Shown: positions 8,786-16,966 of the stretch, piece by piece
Layout of the letters: each line of letters starts with the position of its first letter
How positions within the stretch are numbered: position 1 is the first letter of the stretch
Virus record (IMG/VR): IMGVR_UViG_3300025769_000068
Strand: one strand, 5' to 3'
From: a virus
Length of the DNA: 64,000 nt
Notes under the pieces: model-generated
Database searches by the model: none
The model's input: the letters and a program-made list of their open reading frames with translations, nothing else
What the model was told of the DNA's origin: nothing
Translations under genes and position numbers: made by a program

Positions 8786-10009
8786 CTAAGCGGTCAGAGA
8801 AAAGGTCTTGTCGAAGTCCTTATCTGTCATGCTTTGGGCCTTAGCTTGCAGGTTGTGCCACTTGCTCGCGGACATCTGCATCAGCTTCCCGCCGATGGTA
8901 TCGACGTTGACCCATGTTTGACTATCGAAATTCTGTCCTGCACGGGTCAGTGAGTTGATCACGCCGAATAGGTTGTGATGCTCAAACTCATGCTTGACAT
9001 ATTGCTCCAGCGTATTTGTAGCGAGTCGCTTATCAAGTCGGAACTCGTTGGCAACTGCTGCCACAATACCCTTGTGGCTAGTATGCTGGACATCGAACTC
9101 CTTGCTGCGAGTGTCGAGGAACTTACGAATACCGTCAGGCAGTATCGACAGTTGGAACTCGATATTCTCAGCGAGTGCAACCTTCAGAGCGTCAAGGTCA
9201 ATCGTACCTCTGTGTACTTTGTTGACATCTTTGCCCTTCTGTTGTCCCCAGATGCACCCGTTCATGCAGATAGCACGGAAGATGCTAGGATACTGAGAGA
9301 TTCTACGCTTGCCGATCTCACAGTTAGATATGGAAACCATACCACCATAATCTGTGTCATCGTCTTGACCATAATCCATAATAGAATCAGGTAGGAGAAG
9401 ATTACCAAAAATAGTATCCTCGTCACCCTTCCAATGTGAATAACGGGCATCGGGTAGAAATTCCTTGAGTGCCTCAAGATACCAGCGATTATCCACTGGA
9501 GTATACTTGTCAGTCACGAAGGCTCGACAGGTTCCATCGTTATAGGTACGCAATCGGAACTCTTTGGTTGGGTTCTTATCCTTGACCCTGCGAAAGTAAT
9601 TGTTGCAGTAGTCTACCATCAGTTCGCCGTCTTGCTTGTCGTACTCTTTTTGGTTACGCATCTCACGAAGTGCGGAAGCACTAGGTGCGTCCATACGCGT
9701 TGAGAGTTGCTGCATAGCCCAATCAGTAGGGACAAACTGTTGACCCTGTGGCGTAGTGATGCACAGATCATTATCCTTATTCATATTGAAAATAATATTC
9801 TTAGCGGGAATCATAATATCCTCGCGGTTATCAATGTCCGCTTGAACCTTGTTCATGACATCATCATAAGACAATGTTTTGGCCCACCAATCTTTGTGGA
9901 CATGCGTACCGCCTTGGACACCCTCACCAAACTGCCCCTGCAATGTCTTGACGAATTCACCATCGCCACGAGTCTCAGTGCTTGGGGTCAACTTCTCGTA
10001 ATCGCTCAT
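8786..10009 (-). CDS. DUF932-like domain protein
   Basis: RAFVTDKYTPVDN, ISNCEIG...FRAICMNG...H motif; TAGGAG RBS before MSDYEK. Confidence 0.75.
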   Translation of the reverse strand: MSDYEKLTPSTETRGDGEFVKTLQGQFGEGVQGGTHVHKDWWAKTLSYDDVMNKVQADIDNREDIMIPAKNIIFNMNKDNDLCITTPQGQQFVPTDWAMQQLSTRMDAPSASALREMRNQKEYDKQDGELMVDYCNNYFRRVKDKNPTKEFRLRTYNDGTCRAFVTDKYTPVDNRWYLEALKEFLPDARYSHWKGDEDTIFGNLLLPDSIMDYGQDDDTDYGGMVSISNCEIGKRRISQYPSIFRAICMNGCIWGQQKGKDVNKVHRGTIDLDALKVALAENIEFQLSILPDGIRKFLDTRSKEFDVQHTSHKGIVAAVANEFRLDKRLATNTLEQYVKHEFEHHNLFGVINSLTRAGQNFDSQTWVNVDTIGGKLMQMSASKWHNLQAKAQSMTDKDFDKTFSLTA

Positions 10010-10045
10010 ATTCAAAACTCCTAAGTGGTTAATTGTTATACCCTG

Positions 10046-10085
10046 AGTATACTATAGTTATCGTCGTTGTCAACAATTATCTTTA
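10046..10085 (-). promoter_or_regulatory. composite early promoter
   Basis: minus strand TAAAgataattgTTGACAacGACGATAActatagTATACT. Confidence 0.75.
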
Positions 10086-10100
10086 GAGAAAATAATATTA

Positions 10101-10148
10101 TGTAAGTCGTTGTCAGATATAGACTTACAGCCGCGCGGCGCGCCCCGC
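10101..10148. repeat. repeat family B, copy 2
   Basis: tgTAAGTCgttgtcagatataGACTTAcagccgcgcggcgcgccccgc. Confidence 0.9.
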
Positions 10149-10351
10149 TACCCCTCTTCCGCACTAAGTACACCTATCATATATACTGTCTTATCAATTA
10201 ATTCTTCTAAGTATTCTAGTTGTTTGAAATAATCAGTATCATCATTTAGATAATGGTTTTTTTGTAGCTCAACAGTTTCCTCATAGTGAGCGTCCAGTAC
10301 GTCTGCAATCATTTCATAATCATGTTTAGTAAGTTTCATTGAGTCTATCAT
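10148..10351 (-). CDS. hypothetical acidic protein
   Basis: 67-aa ORF with ATGA overlap to the upstream gene. Confidence 0.6.
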   Translation of the reverse strand: MIDSMKLTKHDYEMIADVLDAHYEETVELQKNHYLNDDTDYFKQLEYLEELIDKTVYMIGVLSAEEG

Positions 10352-10611
10352 AGTTCGTCTACCTCCACATCACAATGATTCAGGCCAACATCAAGAGCGT
10401 CTATATAAGTTTCACCTAGACATTTAAGTATAAAATTGTCCTGCTCTTCTGGTGATAGTGTCATGTATTCTTTACCTGTAACGTGTATATCACCACCTAG
10501 AAAATCTTCTACTGGATCACCTCCAATGTACTGAAATTCTGTTTTCTCAGGATCACATTCCATCCATCCAGAAAATTCAACGATCAGTCTTTTGTTAGTT
10601 ACCGTATCCAT
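10348..10611 (-). CDS. hypothetical protein
   Basis: 87-aa ORF in a tightly packed minus-strand cassette. Confidence 0.6.
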   Translation of the reverse strand: MDTVTNKRLIVEFSGWMECDPEKTEFQYIGGDPVEDFLGGDIHVTGKEYMTLSPEEQDNFILKCLGETYIDALDVGLNHCDVEVDEL

Positions 10612-10823
10612 TCTAGTCGTACTCCTACGTTAAGTTTCTCAATAGCCCGTTCGTCCAGTTCAATAGTCTTGTTGAGTGTGATTGTGTTTCTATTTGGTAC
10701 TATGGCGCATCCAGAAAAGAGAATAGATACAAGGGTTAGTATAGCCGCAGTATTATAATATTTAAGTATAATCATTGGTGTGCCTCCAACTACCCTGTGC
10801 ATGACGTTGTTACTCTTTGCCAA
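10599..10823 (-). CDS. putative small lipoprotein
   Basis: hydrophobic stretch ending in lipobox-like LFSG-C; start uncertain. Confidence 0.5.
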   Translation of the reverse strand: MAKSNNVMHRVVGGTPMIILKYYNTAAILTLVSILFSGCAIVPNRNTITLNKTIELDERAIEKLNVGVRLEWIR

Positions 10824-10877
10824 AAACTAAAGACCAAACAAAAATCATAATAAATAATTCAATCATAACACTCCAAA

Positions 10878-10926
10878 ATAAAAAGGGGTGACACATGATT
10901 ATACCACATGCCACCCCTTCTGTCAA
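10878..10926 (-). terminator. intrinsic terminator hairpin containing a sigma70 promoter
   Basis: minus strand TTGACAg-AAGGGGTGGCATGTG-gTATAAT-CATGTGTCACCCCTT-TTTATTTT; 17-nt spacer. Confidence 0.65.
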
Positions 10927-10931
10927 GGGGA

Positions 10932-11147
10932 CTACGACAGTGATGCTTCGATCATCTTGTCGCATCGCAGGGTGCGAAACTGTCCGTTTTCGGACTGCAC
11001 CACGGCGTATTTACCATTCGGGCCTGTACCCGACCGTGTGATGACACCTTCGTGCCACTTGAGAATATTAAGTCGCCCATGCTTGGGATACTTGCAACGG
11101 ATCGTCTTGCCCTTGCGGACATTCTTAGCTAGTGAAACATAACTCAT
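10932..11147 (-). CDS. small basic hypothetical protein
   Basis: 71-aa ORF ending just before the terminator. Confidence 0.65.
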   Translation of the reverse strand: MSYVSLAKNVRKGKTIRCKYPKHGRLNILKWHEGVITRSGTGPNGKYAVVQSENGQFRTLRCDKMIEASLS

Positions 11148-11470
11148 TTTTCTGAACCTTTCAACTGGTTTTCAATCTTACGGAAGGAAACCGTATCCTT
11201 CTCCCCTCGACTATTCTCAACAACTACACCGCTCTTGAGAATCTTAAGAACTCTACCATATTTGGTATTGCTCCCGATACCGACTACAGGCTTCATCGTC
11301 TACTCCTTCTGTTCAACGAACTAAAAAGAAATTTTGCTTCTGACAAAGTTAGGTCTTGGGCGATAACTTTGCCCCGTGGTTGTTTGACGGAATACAGCCC
11401 GTTACTCTTTTCAATAATCAACTTAGTCATAATTTTTAACTCCTTTGATTGACTTGTTTCTTATTCCCTT

Positions 11471-11510
11471 AGTATACTATTAATATCGTCACTGTCAACT
11501 ACTTTCTTTA
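11471..11510 (-). promoter_or_regulatory. composite early promoter
   Basis: minus strand TAAAgaaagtagTTGACAgtGACGATATtaatagTATACT. Confidence 0.75.
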
Positions 11511-11522
11511 ATAATTTTTCGA

Positions 11523-11564
11523 GGCGCGCCCCGCTCACCTAAGTCCTTTGCTAATCATAAGTTA
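11523..11564. repeat. repeat family B, copy 3 (right arm degenerate, overlaps a gene end)
   Basis: ggcgcgccccgctcaccTAAGTCctttgctaatcatAAGTTA. Confidence 0.7.
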
Positions 11565-11787
11565 TATCTATTCCTTCCTTGTCTGCAATTTGTTTAGTAT
11601 CTATTACATACGTGGTTGTGTCAGCAGTAGTATAGTCCCTGTACCCACGCTCATCAAGATACATATACTCATCAAGTTCATCATTGGAATTGCATTCACG
11701 GATAGCTGTTCTGCAAGCATCATACGGTTCCTTATCTGTAGAGAATATAATTTCTAACGTACCTGTCTTAATATAATATTTAGCCAT
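11551..11787 (-). CDS. hypothetical protein
   Basis: MAKYYIKTGTLE...YLDERGYR; AGGAG RBS. Confidence 0.65.
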   Translation of the reverse strand: MAKYYIKTGTLEIIFSTDKEPYDACRTAIRECNSNDELDEYMYLDERGYRDYTTADTTTYVIDTKQIADKEGIDITYD

Positions 11788-11922
11788 CGGATAGTCTCCT
11801 ACATACTAGTTCACATAGATCATCTACCATAGTTTCCTTATCTTCATCTGTATAAGTAAACGGTGGTTCTAAGTATCCATCAAAGTAAGATATAATATCT
11901 TCTTGTAATTGTTCTTTTAGAT

Positions 11923-12087
11923 TCATTCTTTCACCTCCGTGTATTTATAACCCATGTCTTGATCGCACTCAACACACATCGGTGTGCCATTACATTCATA
12001 CCATCCGGGGGCAACATCTGCAACCTCATCACAATCTGGACACTGCCAATGATGGTTTACATTATAGTCTGAAATTTTAGTCCACAT
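11923..12087 (-). CDS. small Zn-ribbon protein
   Basis: Not in track. MWTKISDYNVNHHWQCPDC...GTPMCVEC...; TAGGAG RBS. Confidence 0.6.
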   Translation of the reverse strand: MWTKISDYNVNHHWQCPDCDEVADVAPGWYECNGTPMCVECDQDMGYKYTEVKE

Positions 12088-12096
12088 AATTCACTC

Positions 12097-12816
12097 CTAG
12101 TGGGAAGGAAATAAAACATTCGCTAAACCTTGGACGCACAGTTGACAGTTTACACTATTCTTTGATTTAGTGCAAGTGACAACACCACGACCACGACGAA
12201 TCTCTGGACAAGTAATATACTTATCATCACCTAATACAACTAACTTCGGCAGATCACTACGCCATTGATCAGCTTTTTTCTTACCTCGTGGACGTTTTGT
12301 GGCGATCTTTTCGTCGCTGTCACACCATGCGAACAACTCAAAACCGGCGGCCTTTGCTTTGGCTACATCATCATGATTGTGTACACTTGCATACATAGTA
12401 ATATACTTACCTAGTATACGTGATAGCTTAGGATCATATATATGAGTATATGCCCACATCTTAGGAAGTTTACCACCTTCAGCTAATATACTACGGCAAG
12501 CCCATAATATATTATCTACATACTCAATATCTAATTCAGAGCCATTCTTATAGAAGTCTCCCCGTTCATGCCATCGCAGATCGTTACCCTTTTTTTCTGC
12601 ATTAATTAGCATGGCACGGATCTTGTTTTTCTCCGTGATTAGATTCTGCATACCGGCAGGGCGAACACCCGGATAGATTTTCTCTAGCTGTTCAGCATAA
12701 CAGCCGTTACCTAGAAATTCACAGGTTGGCGGGCATGTGTCGCCTACCGGCCTTGAAACAACAATACAATTCTCTTTACCTAGTTTATCATTACCTTTAG
12801 CTGTCTTCATAATCAT
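12097..12816 (-). CDS. Cys-rich protein resembling phage gp88-like / radical-SAM-related proteins
   Basis: DTCPPTCEFLGNGCYA, LRWHERGDF, WAYTH, YASV, TCP...C..C.LC. Confidence 0.6.
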   Translation of the reverse strand: MIMKTAKGNDKLGKENCIVVSRPVGDTCPPTCEFLGNGCYAEQLEKIYPGVRPAGMQNLITEKNKIRAMLINAEKKGNDLRWHERGDFYKNGSELDIEYVDNILWACRSILAEGGKLPKMWAYTHIYDPKLSRILGKYITMYASVHNHDDVAKAKAAGFELFAWCDSDEKIATKRPRGKKKADQWRSDLPKLVVLGDDKYITCPEIRRGRGVVTCTKSKNSVNCQLCVQGLANVLFPSH

Positions 12817-12835
12817 CTCCTAGTGGGTTGGTTTG

Positions 12836-12876
12836 ATTATAATATACTTATCGGCATTTGTCAACTGTAAACTTTA
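12836..12876 (-). promoter_or_regulatory. composite early promoter, best match to both consensuses
   Basis: minus strand TAAAGTTTacagTTGACAaatGCCGATAAgtatatTATAAT: perfect TTGACA-N17-TATAAT interleaved with TAAAGTTT...GCCGATAA. Confidence 0.85.
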
Positions 12877-12879
12877 GCG

Positions 12880-12930
12880 TTTCTCGCTGACTACCTCATA
12901 GCCTCATATCCTTTAGGATAGAGTAGGACA
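12880..12930 (-). repeat. repeat family A, copy 4
   Basis: tttctcgctgactacctcatagcctcatatcctttaggatagagtaggaca. Confidence 0.75.
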
Positions 12931-13066
12931 ATAGGACTTAGGTGCTTGGCCCGTATCAGGGTTTGCAGTTTCCTGTGACACTATCGCATAACGTCATTCT
13001 GTGTCACACCTTTACGCCTCTCATGCCCGTCCCGTTCAGGACTCAGATCGTGGTTTGCGTATCCAT
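12931..13066 (-). ncRNA. candidate structured RNA, unit 3 of the array
   Basis: 8-bp hairpin TGTGACAC/GTGTCACA, GTCC/GGAC hairpin, two GCAAACC motifs, no sense ORF. Confidence 0.4.
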
Positions 13067-13076
13067 ATTATTGTAC

Positions 13077-13234
13077 GGCGAGTGTGGTAGGAGTTGCACC
13101 TACGCGGGTTTTGTTATTTCAAAAACCTCAAAAGTAATATAGGGGTAGACGCTTAAGCCTGAGAATATAACATGCTATAATCCCAATCATTCCTACTACT
13201 TTAATACGGCGAAAACTACACGCCCTTCACACTC
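13077..13234 (-). ncRNA. tRNA-like RNA with greatly expanded anticodon arm, unit 2
   Basis: 7-bp acceptor GAGTGTG/CACACTC + G-CC, D-like arm GGCG/CGCC, variable-like arm GGTTTT/AAAACC, T-arm GTAGG-TGCAACT-CCTAC. Confidence 0.65.
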
Positions 13235-13241
13235 ATTGTAT

Positions 13242-13352
13242 TGGCTGTGGACACTGGGACTTGCACCCAGTAGGTCGTCTCCGATCTTTACACTCACAGA
13301 CTTGAATGACCGGATCGAGGTCTGTAACGCCTAAGCAACTCTGCTCGCCACA
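13242..13352 (-). ncRNA. tRNA-like RNA with a pseudoknot in place of the anticodon loop, unit 1
   Basis: TGTGG(CG)/(TG)T-CCACA acceptor followed by G-CCA, AGCA/TGCT arm, T-arm CTGGG-TGCAAGT-CCCAG; begins at the predicted TSS. Confidence 0.65.
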
Positions 13353-13357
13353 TCATC

Positions 13358-13397
13358 ATTATATACTATACATCGTCTATGTCAAGTATATTCTTTA
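13358..13397 (-). promoter_or_regulatory. composite early promoter driving the RNA array
   Basis: minus strand TAAAgaatatacTTGACAtaGACGATgtatagtaTATAAT; no RBS or credible ORF downstream. Confidence 0.75.
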
Positions 13398-13404
13398 ATA
13401 TTTA

Positions 13405-13450
13405 TGTAAGTCTATATATATCAATGACTTAGCGTTTCGGGGCGCGCCCC
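13405..13450. repeat. repeat family B, copy 4
   Basis: tgTAAGTCtatatatatcaatGACTTAgcgtttcggggcgcgcccc. Confidence 0.88.
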
Positions 13451-13454
13451 TTTA

Positions 13455-13949
13455 TTATATATCCTCATATATATCTTCATCTTGATATACTTCTTCTGTA
13501 CTAAATACTTGTTGTATTGTATAAGGTATCTCACTAGGATGTTTAAAATCTATGAACTCATCAACTATACCTTCTACTGGATTAGACCATTGACCACAGA
13601 ACGCCATTCCCGGCTCAAAATAATATGCTTCAACAGTCATATCCAATTTGTTTAATGCTTCGTACCAGCCAAACGGTGGACTCCACGCTGTTTCAAATCG
13701 CAAGTGTACCAAGCCATATCCTTCCTCGTCAACTTGCCAATCGCATTCCTCGTCTGGAGTGTATTGTGTTTTACCAAAATCCCACTTCGTACCCCAGTTA
13801 TTTACACAGTACAATCTTTTGTCTTCAACGCCTTCTGGTACTGGTAGATAGTTCTGTATCACAGCACCCCTCTCGTATGCTCCTGCGAGTTCTAGGATCT
13901 GCTCTTTTGTTCCGTGGATCGTCGCTTGATTGCTACACCAGTTCGGCAT
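13455..13949 (-). CDS. YubB/DUF1281-like ferredoxin-fold protein
   Basis: MPNWCSN, NNWGTKWD, FETAWSPP, YYFEPGMAFCG. Confidence 0.85.
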   Translation of the reverse strand: MPNWCSNQATIHGTKEQILELAGAYERGAVIQNYLPVPEGVEDKRLYCVNNWGTKWDFGKTQYTPDEECDWQVDEEGYGLVHLRFETAWSPPFGWYEALNKLDMTVEAYYFEPGMAFCGQWSNPVEGIVDEFIDFKHPSEIPYTIQQVFSTEEVYQDEDIYEDI

Positions 13950-14068
13950 TTGCTTGATCTCCTGCTGCTTCGTCGTTGGGGAAAATATTACACTCGTCAC
14001 ACTTCTCTATAGTCCATTGTAACAGATTGATATTCATTGTCAATATCCATCCTTTATCATTACATAAT

Positions 14069-14584
14069 TCACACATTGCAAGCCTCCGTATGAGTCCACC
14101 AATAAGGTGCTGGTCTACCCTTCTCCCACTTTGCAAAGTAGGCTTTCTCCATTATATAATATTGTCTGTATGCGTCAACTGCATCATCACATTTATATTC
14201 ATCTTCCATAGCTTGTGCGTATGGTGTATGTGGCCCGTTGGGTATCATGTCAAACATATCACACATCTGATCTATACCATCATGACAACTATGAGTCTTG
14301 CCATATCGTAACTGATATTCTTGACATAAAGCAAGACCATGCAAGCACAACCATACATAATTACTTTTAGTCTCACCGGCCCAGATCGTACAAGGATGGT
14401 GCTTGTATCCACCAATTAGAGGTGTTCCCTTGCTAGTCAGTGGCATCTGCTCGTCAGTTGCGCCATGTCTGCGTAACGCACTGCCTAGCATCTGGAATGT
14501 TTCCACGATCATTTTAGGTATATGCTTGTCACACATCATCTGTGCTGCAATCGCTGCATCTTCGTCTAATACAAATATATTCAT
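14069..14584 (-). CDS. pyrimidine-dimer DNA glycosylase (endonuclease V family)
   Basis: MNIFVLD...AAQMMCDKHIPKMIVETFQML, HHPCTIW, EYQLRYGKTH, AVDAYRQYY..EK, P.WW. Confidence 0.85.
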   Translation of the reverse strand: MNIFVLDEDAAIAAQMMCDKHIPKMIVETFQMLGSALRRHGATDEQMPLTSKGTPLIGGYKHHPCTIWAGETKSNYVWLCLHGLALCQEYQLRYGKTHSCHDGIDQMCDMFDMIPNGPHTPYAQAMEDEYKCDDAVDAYRQYYIMEKAYFAKWEKGRPAPYWWTHTEACNV

Positions 14585-14882
14585 CGTTCCTCTACCATTG
14601 TGTCTCTGTATTGCCAATCAACACTAAATGTTTTACCAGTTACATCCTTGATGTCAATATCCATTTCAAATAATACTTCGTCTATATCTACATCGTCATC
14701 TACGCAGAATTGCATTAGGATTTCTTGATATACTTTTTTCATTGGTCATCCTCAAATATAGGGTCGCCACACTCATCAACTGGAATACCATCTTCATTCA
14801 TAAATATATCACCATTACGTAGTCCGTCAATAGTGATTTCTAATTTTTCTTGTTCTGTAAACATAATTATCTCCTTTTCTCT

Positions 14883-14920
14883 ACTATACAGTATATCGTC
14901 CATATGTCAACAATTATTTA
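14883..14920 (-). promoter_or_regulatory. composite early promoter
   Basis: minus strand TAAAtaattgTTGACAtatgGACGATATactgTATAGT. Confidence 0.72.
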
Positions 14921-14927
14921 ATATTTT

Positions 14928-14979
14928 TAAGTCCTTATCAGGTATAGACTTACACGTTTTTAGCGCGCCCCGCACCCCC
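14928..14979. repeat. repeat family B, copy 5
   Basis: TAAGTCcttatcaggtataGACTTAcacgtttttagcgcgccccgcaccccc. Confidence 0.9.
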
Positions 14980-15239
14980 TATTGTGGGAGGTACGAGATC
15001 TTTTCTCCTTTGTCTATTTGATCGCGGTATATCTGCACACGCTTCGCGCGTTCAATACTTTCCTCTTCAAAACTTGACATCGTGCAGCGGTCGCGTTCGT
15101 CACATTTTCGCTCTACGTCTGCGAGTGAAACACAATCTGTCCTATGATCTTGAAAGTCCAACGGTAGCCAGTGATTAGGAACCGTGAAACATTCTTTTAT
15201 TTGTTTTTCAAATTGTGCTAGTAGTTGGTATCCGTTCAT
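14979..15239 (-). CDS. hypothetical protein
   Basis: 86-aa ORF; ATGA overlap with the upstream gene; stop abuts repeat B. Confidence 0.6.
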   Translation of the reverse strand: MNGYQLLAQFEKQIKECFTVPNHWLPLDFQDHRTDCVSLADVERKCDERDRCTMSSFEEESIERAKRVQIYRDQIDKGEKISYLPQ

Positions 15240-15583
15240 CCTGTAATCTCCGCATGTTCGAGTTCGTTTTCAATCCATGACATGGCAATCTCTCGCGTGT
15301 TACATTCAGAGATCGCACCGCCTAAAAGATCATGAGCCAATCCACACGGTATACCATTATCCATATCATCATGGATCATTTCAAGGTGTTCTTTTAATCT
15401 TTCCTCAAAGTAAAACCAGTTGGTTCCTTCGTGTCCAGACTCTTCTGCTTCGATGGATTCTCTGGCAATCTCTCGCCACATCTCATGTGAGCCTTGGTCG
15501 TTGTCCATCCACAAATTTACACACCATGTTTCCCAGTTATACCAACCATTGTATTCATTCTTATTCATTTGTTTACTCCTCAA
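15236..15583 (-). CDS. conserved-type phage protein (YNGW.N.ETW..NLW..ND motif)
   Basis: YNGWYNWETWCVNLWMDND; likely start MNKNEY after GAGGAG. Confidence 0.75.
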   Translation of the reverse strand: MRSKQMNKNEYNGWYNWETWCVNLWMDNDQGSHEMWREIARESIEAEESGHEGTNWFYFEERLKEHLEMIHDDMDNGIPCGLAHDLLGGAISECNTREIAMSWIENELEHAEITG

Positions 15584-15755
15584 TGTTTGAAAGTCTGAAC
15601 GGTATCATAACATGTTGAGCTACCTTTTGTCTAGCCTCAGTTTCTGACATCGCCCCAACTTCTCCGATTTTATTTCCTTGGGTATCATAAACAACCCAAA
15701 CACTTCGCGGACGTTTTTCAGGAAAGACGCAGTTGTAATAATCTCGGTTTGTCAT
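15573..15755 (-). CDS. hypothetical protein
   Basis: AAGGAG RBS; sigma70 promoter TTGACA-N17-TATAAT at about 15778-15806. Confidence 0.65.
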   Translation of the reverse strand: MTNRDYYNCVFPEKRPRSVWVVYDTQGNKIGEVGAMSETEARQKVAQHVMIPFRLSNIEE

Positions 15756-16018
15756 TTGTTTACTCCTTATGTTTTACATTATAGTCTTTCTCATATACGC
15801 TGTCAAGATAAATCTCATTATTTTTTATCACATATCCATACTCACAATTAGGGGTATAAATACCAACGTAGATTTTGCCATTTAAATAACCCTCGAAACC
15901 CACGAACATACTTAATAGTGTAACAGTTGTCAACATGTCTTTTTTCCTTAGTAGTAAACCGTACTATTATATATATCGACATATTAACATACATTCTTTA
16001 ATACTTTATGGAATAATT

Positions 16019-16072
16019 CGTAAGTCTATACTGACAAAGGACTTACACGCGATTTGCGCGCCCCGCACCCCC
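16019..16072. repeat. repeat family B, copy 6
   Basis: cgTAAGTCtatactgacaaagGACTTAcacgcgatttgcgcgccccgcaccccc. Confidence 0.9.
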
Positions 16073-16120
16073 TATGAGGGGGATTGGGGTAAATCAAAGC
16101 AAGGAGTTTTTGGTGGACAT

Positions 16121-16324
16121 TCATTCAGGTGGATCACCGTACAGCATATGATACCTGCGATCATAGCGAGGCCGAGTATTTTTAGAATCCGTTTCTGCTC
16201 TTTTTTCATTGTTCTCTCCGTAGAACGTTTCACAAATTGACCACATCAACGCCACGCCTACCATATATCCTATAACGATAGACTGAAAATCTAATTCTAT
16301 TAATCCCATTATTCTATCTCCCAT
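16121..16324 (-). CDS. small membrane protein
   Basis: hydrophobic IVIGYMVGVALMWSI segment. Confidence 0.55.
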   Translation of the reverse strand: MGDRIMGLIELDFQSIVIGYMVGVALMWSICETFYGENNEKRAETDSKNTRPRYDRRYHMLYGDPPE

Positions 16325-16509
16325 TGTTCTATGTAATCATCGCCACCATACAAGTCTTGACATTCTTCGTAGTGGGTTGGCTGTCCGTCATCTTCCCACT
16401 CGTCTACTTCAATAGATTCTATAACGTCACAGTCAGGCGATTGTACCCGACTGTCATAAACGATACCGGCTAGGATGCTGTCAAATTCTGGATTGTCAAA
16501 AATGCTCAT
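16309..16509 (-). CDS. small acidic protein
   Basis: DDGQPT.YEE.QD motif; CGGAG RBS. Confidence 0.6.
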   Translation of the reverse strand: MSIFDNPEFDSILAGIVYDSRVQSPDCDVIESIEVDEWEDDGQPTHYEECQDLYGGDDYIEQWEIE

Positions 16510-16966
16510 ATCATTCTCCGTTTCTGAATCGTACTAGTAATATGTTAGCTGCTACGCGTACCTCGTCATTAAACTTGTTTTCTTGACAGGTCAATAAGTA
16601 GACTTGCAATTTAGGCGTGTCAAATCTGTCAAGTTCTTCGTACAAATTTCTTTCAATATATTCGTTCATTCTACTACCTCCGGCGACATTTCCTGTTCGT
16701 GCAATCTTACCATATTGTCATCTTGATCGTCAAGCCATTCCTCATATTCTCGACGGGCCTCGTATGATTCCAACTCTGCAAAGTATTCAAAATTGTACAT
16801 TCTATTCTCCTTAAATGCACGGGGTGTAACTGCTGAACACTGATACAACTATAACACACAACACAACAACAATCAATAGCAATTCTTGGTCTGATTCTCT
16901 CATAACTTGTTTTCTCCTTAATAAGTATATCGACATTTTACAGTACTATCTTTAATCTGTCAAGTA

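Noticed and set aside
12942-13142. 66-aa plus-strand ORF
   Set aside because: Antisense to the local transcription direction, no RBS, overlaps the structured RNA units.
13077-13352. Canonical tRNA genes or tmRNA
   Set aside because: No 7-nt anticodon loop, no D-loop GG, T-loops read TGCAA; acceptor is not Ala-type and no tag ORF is evident.
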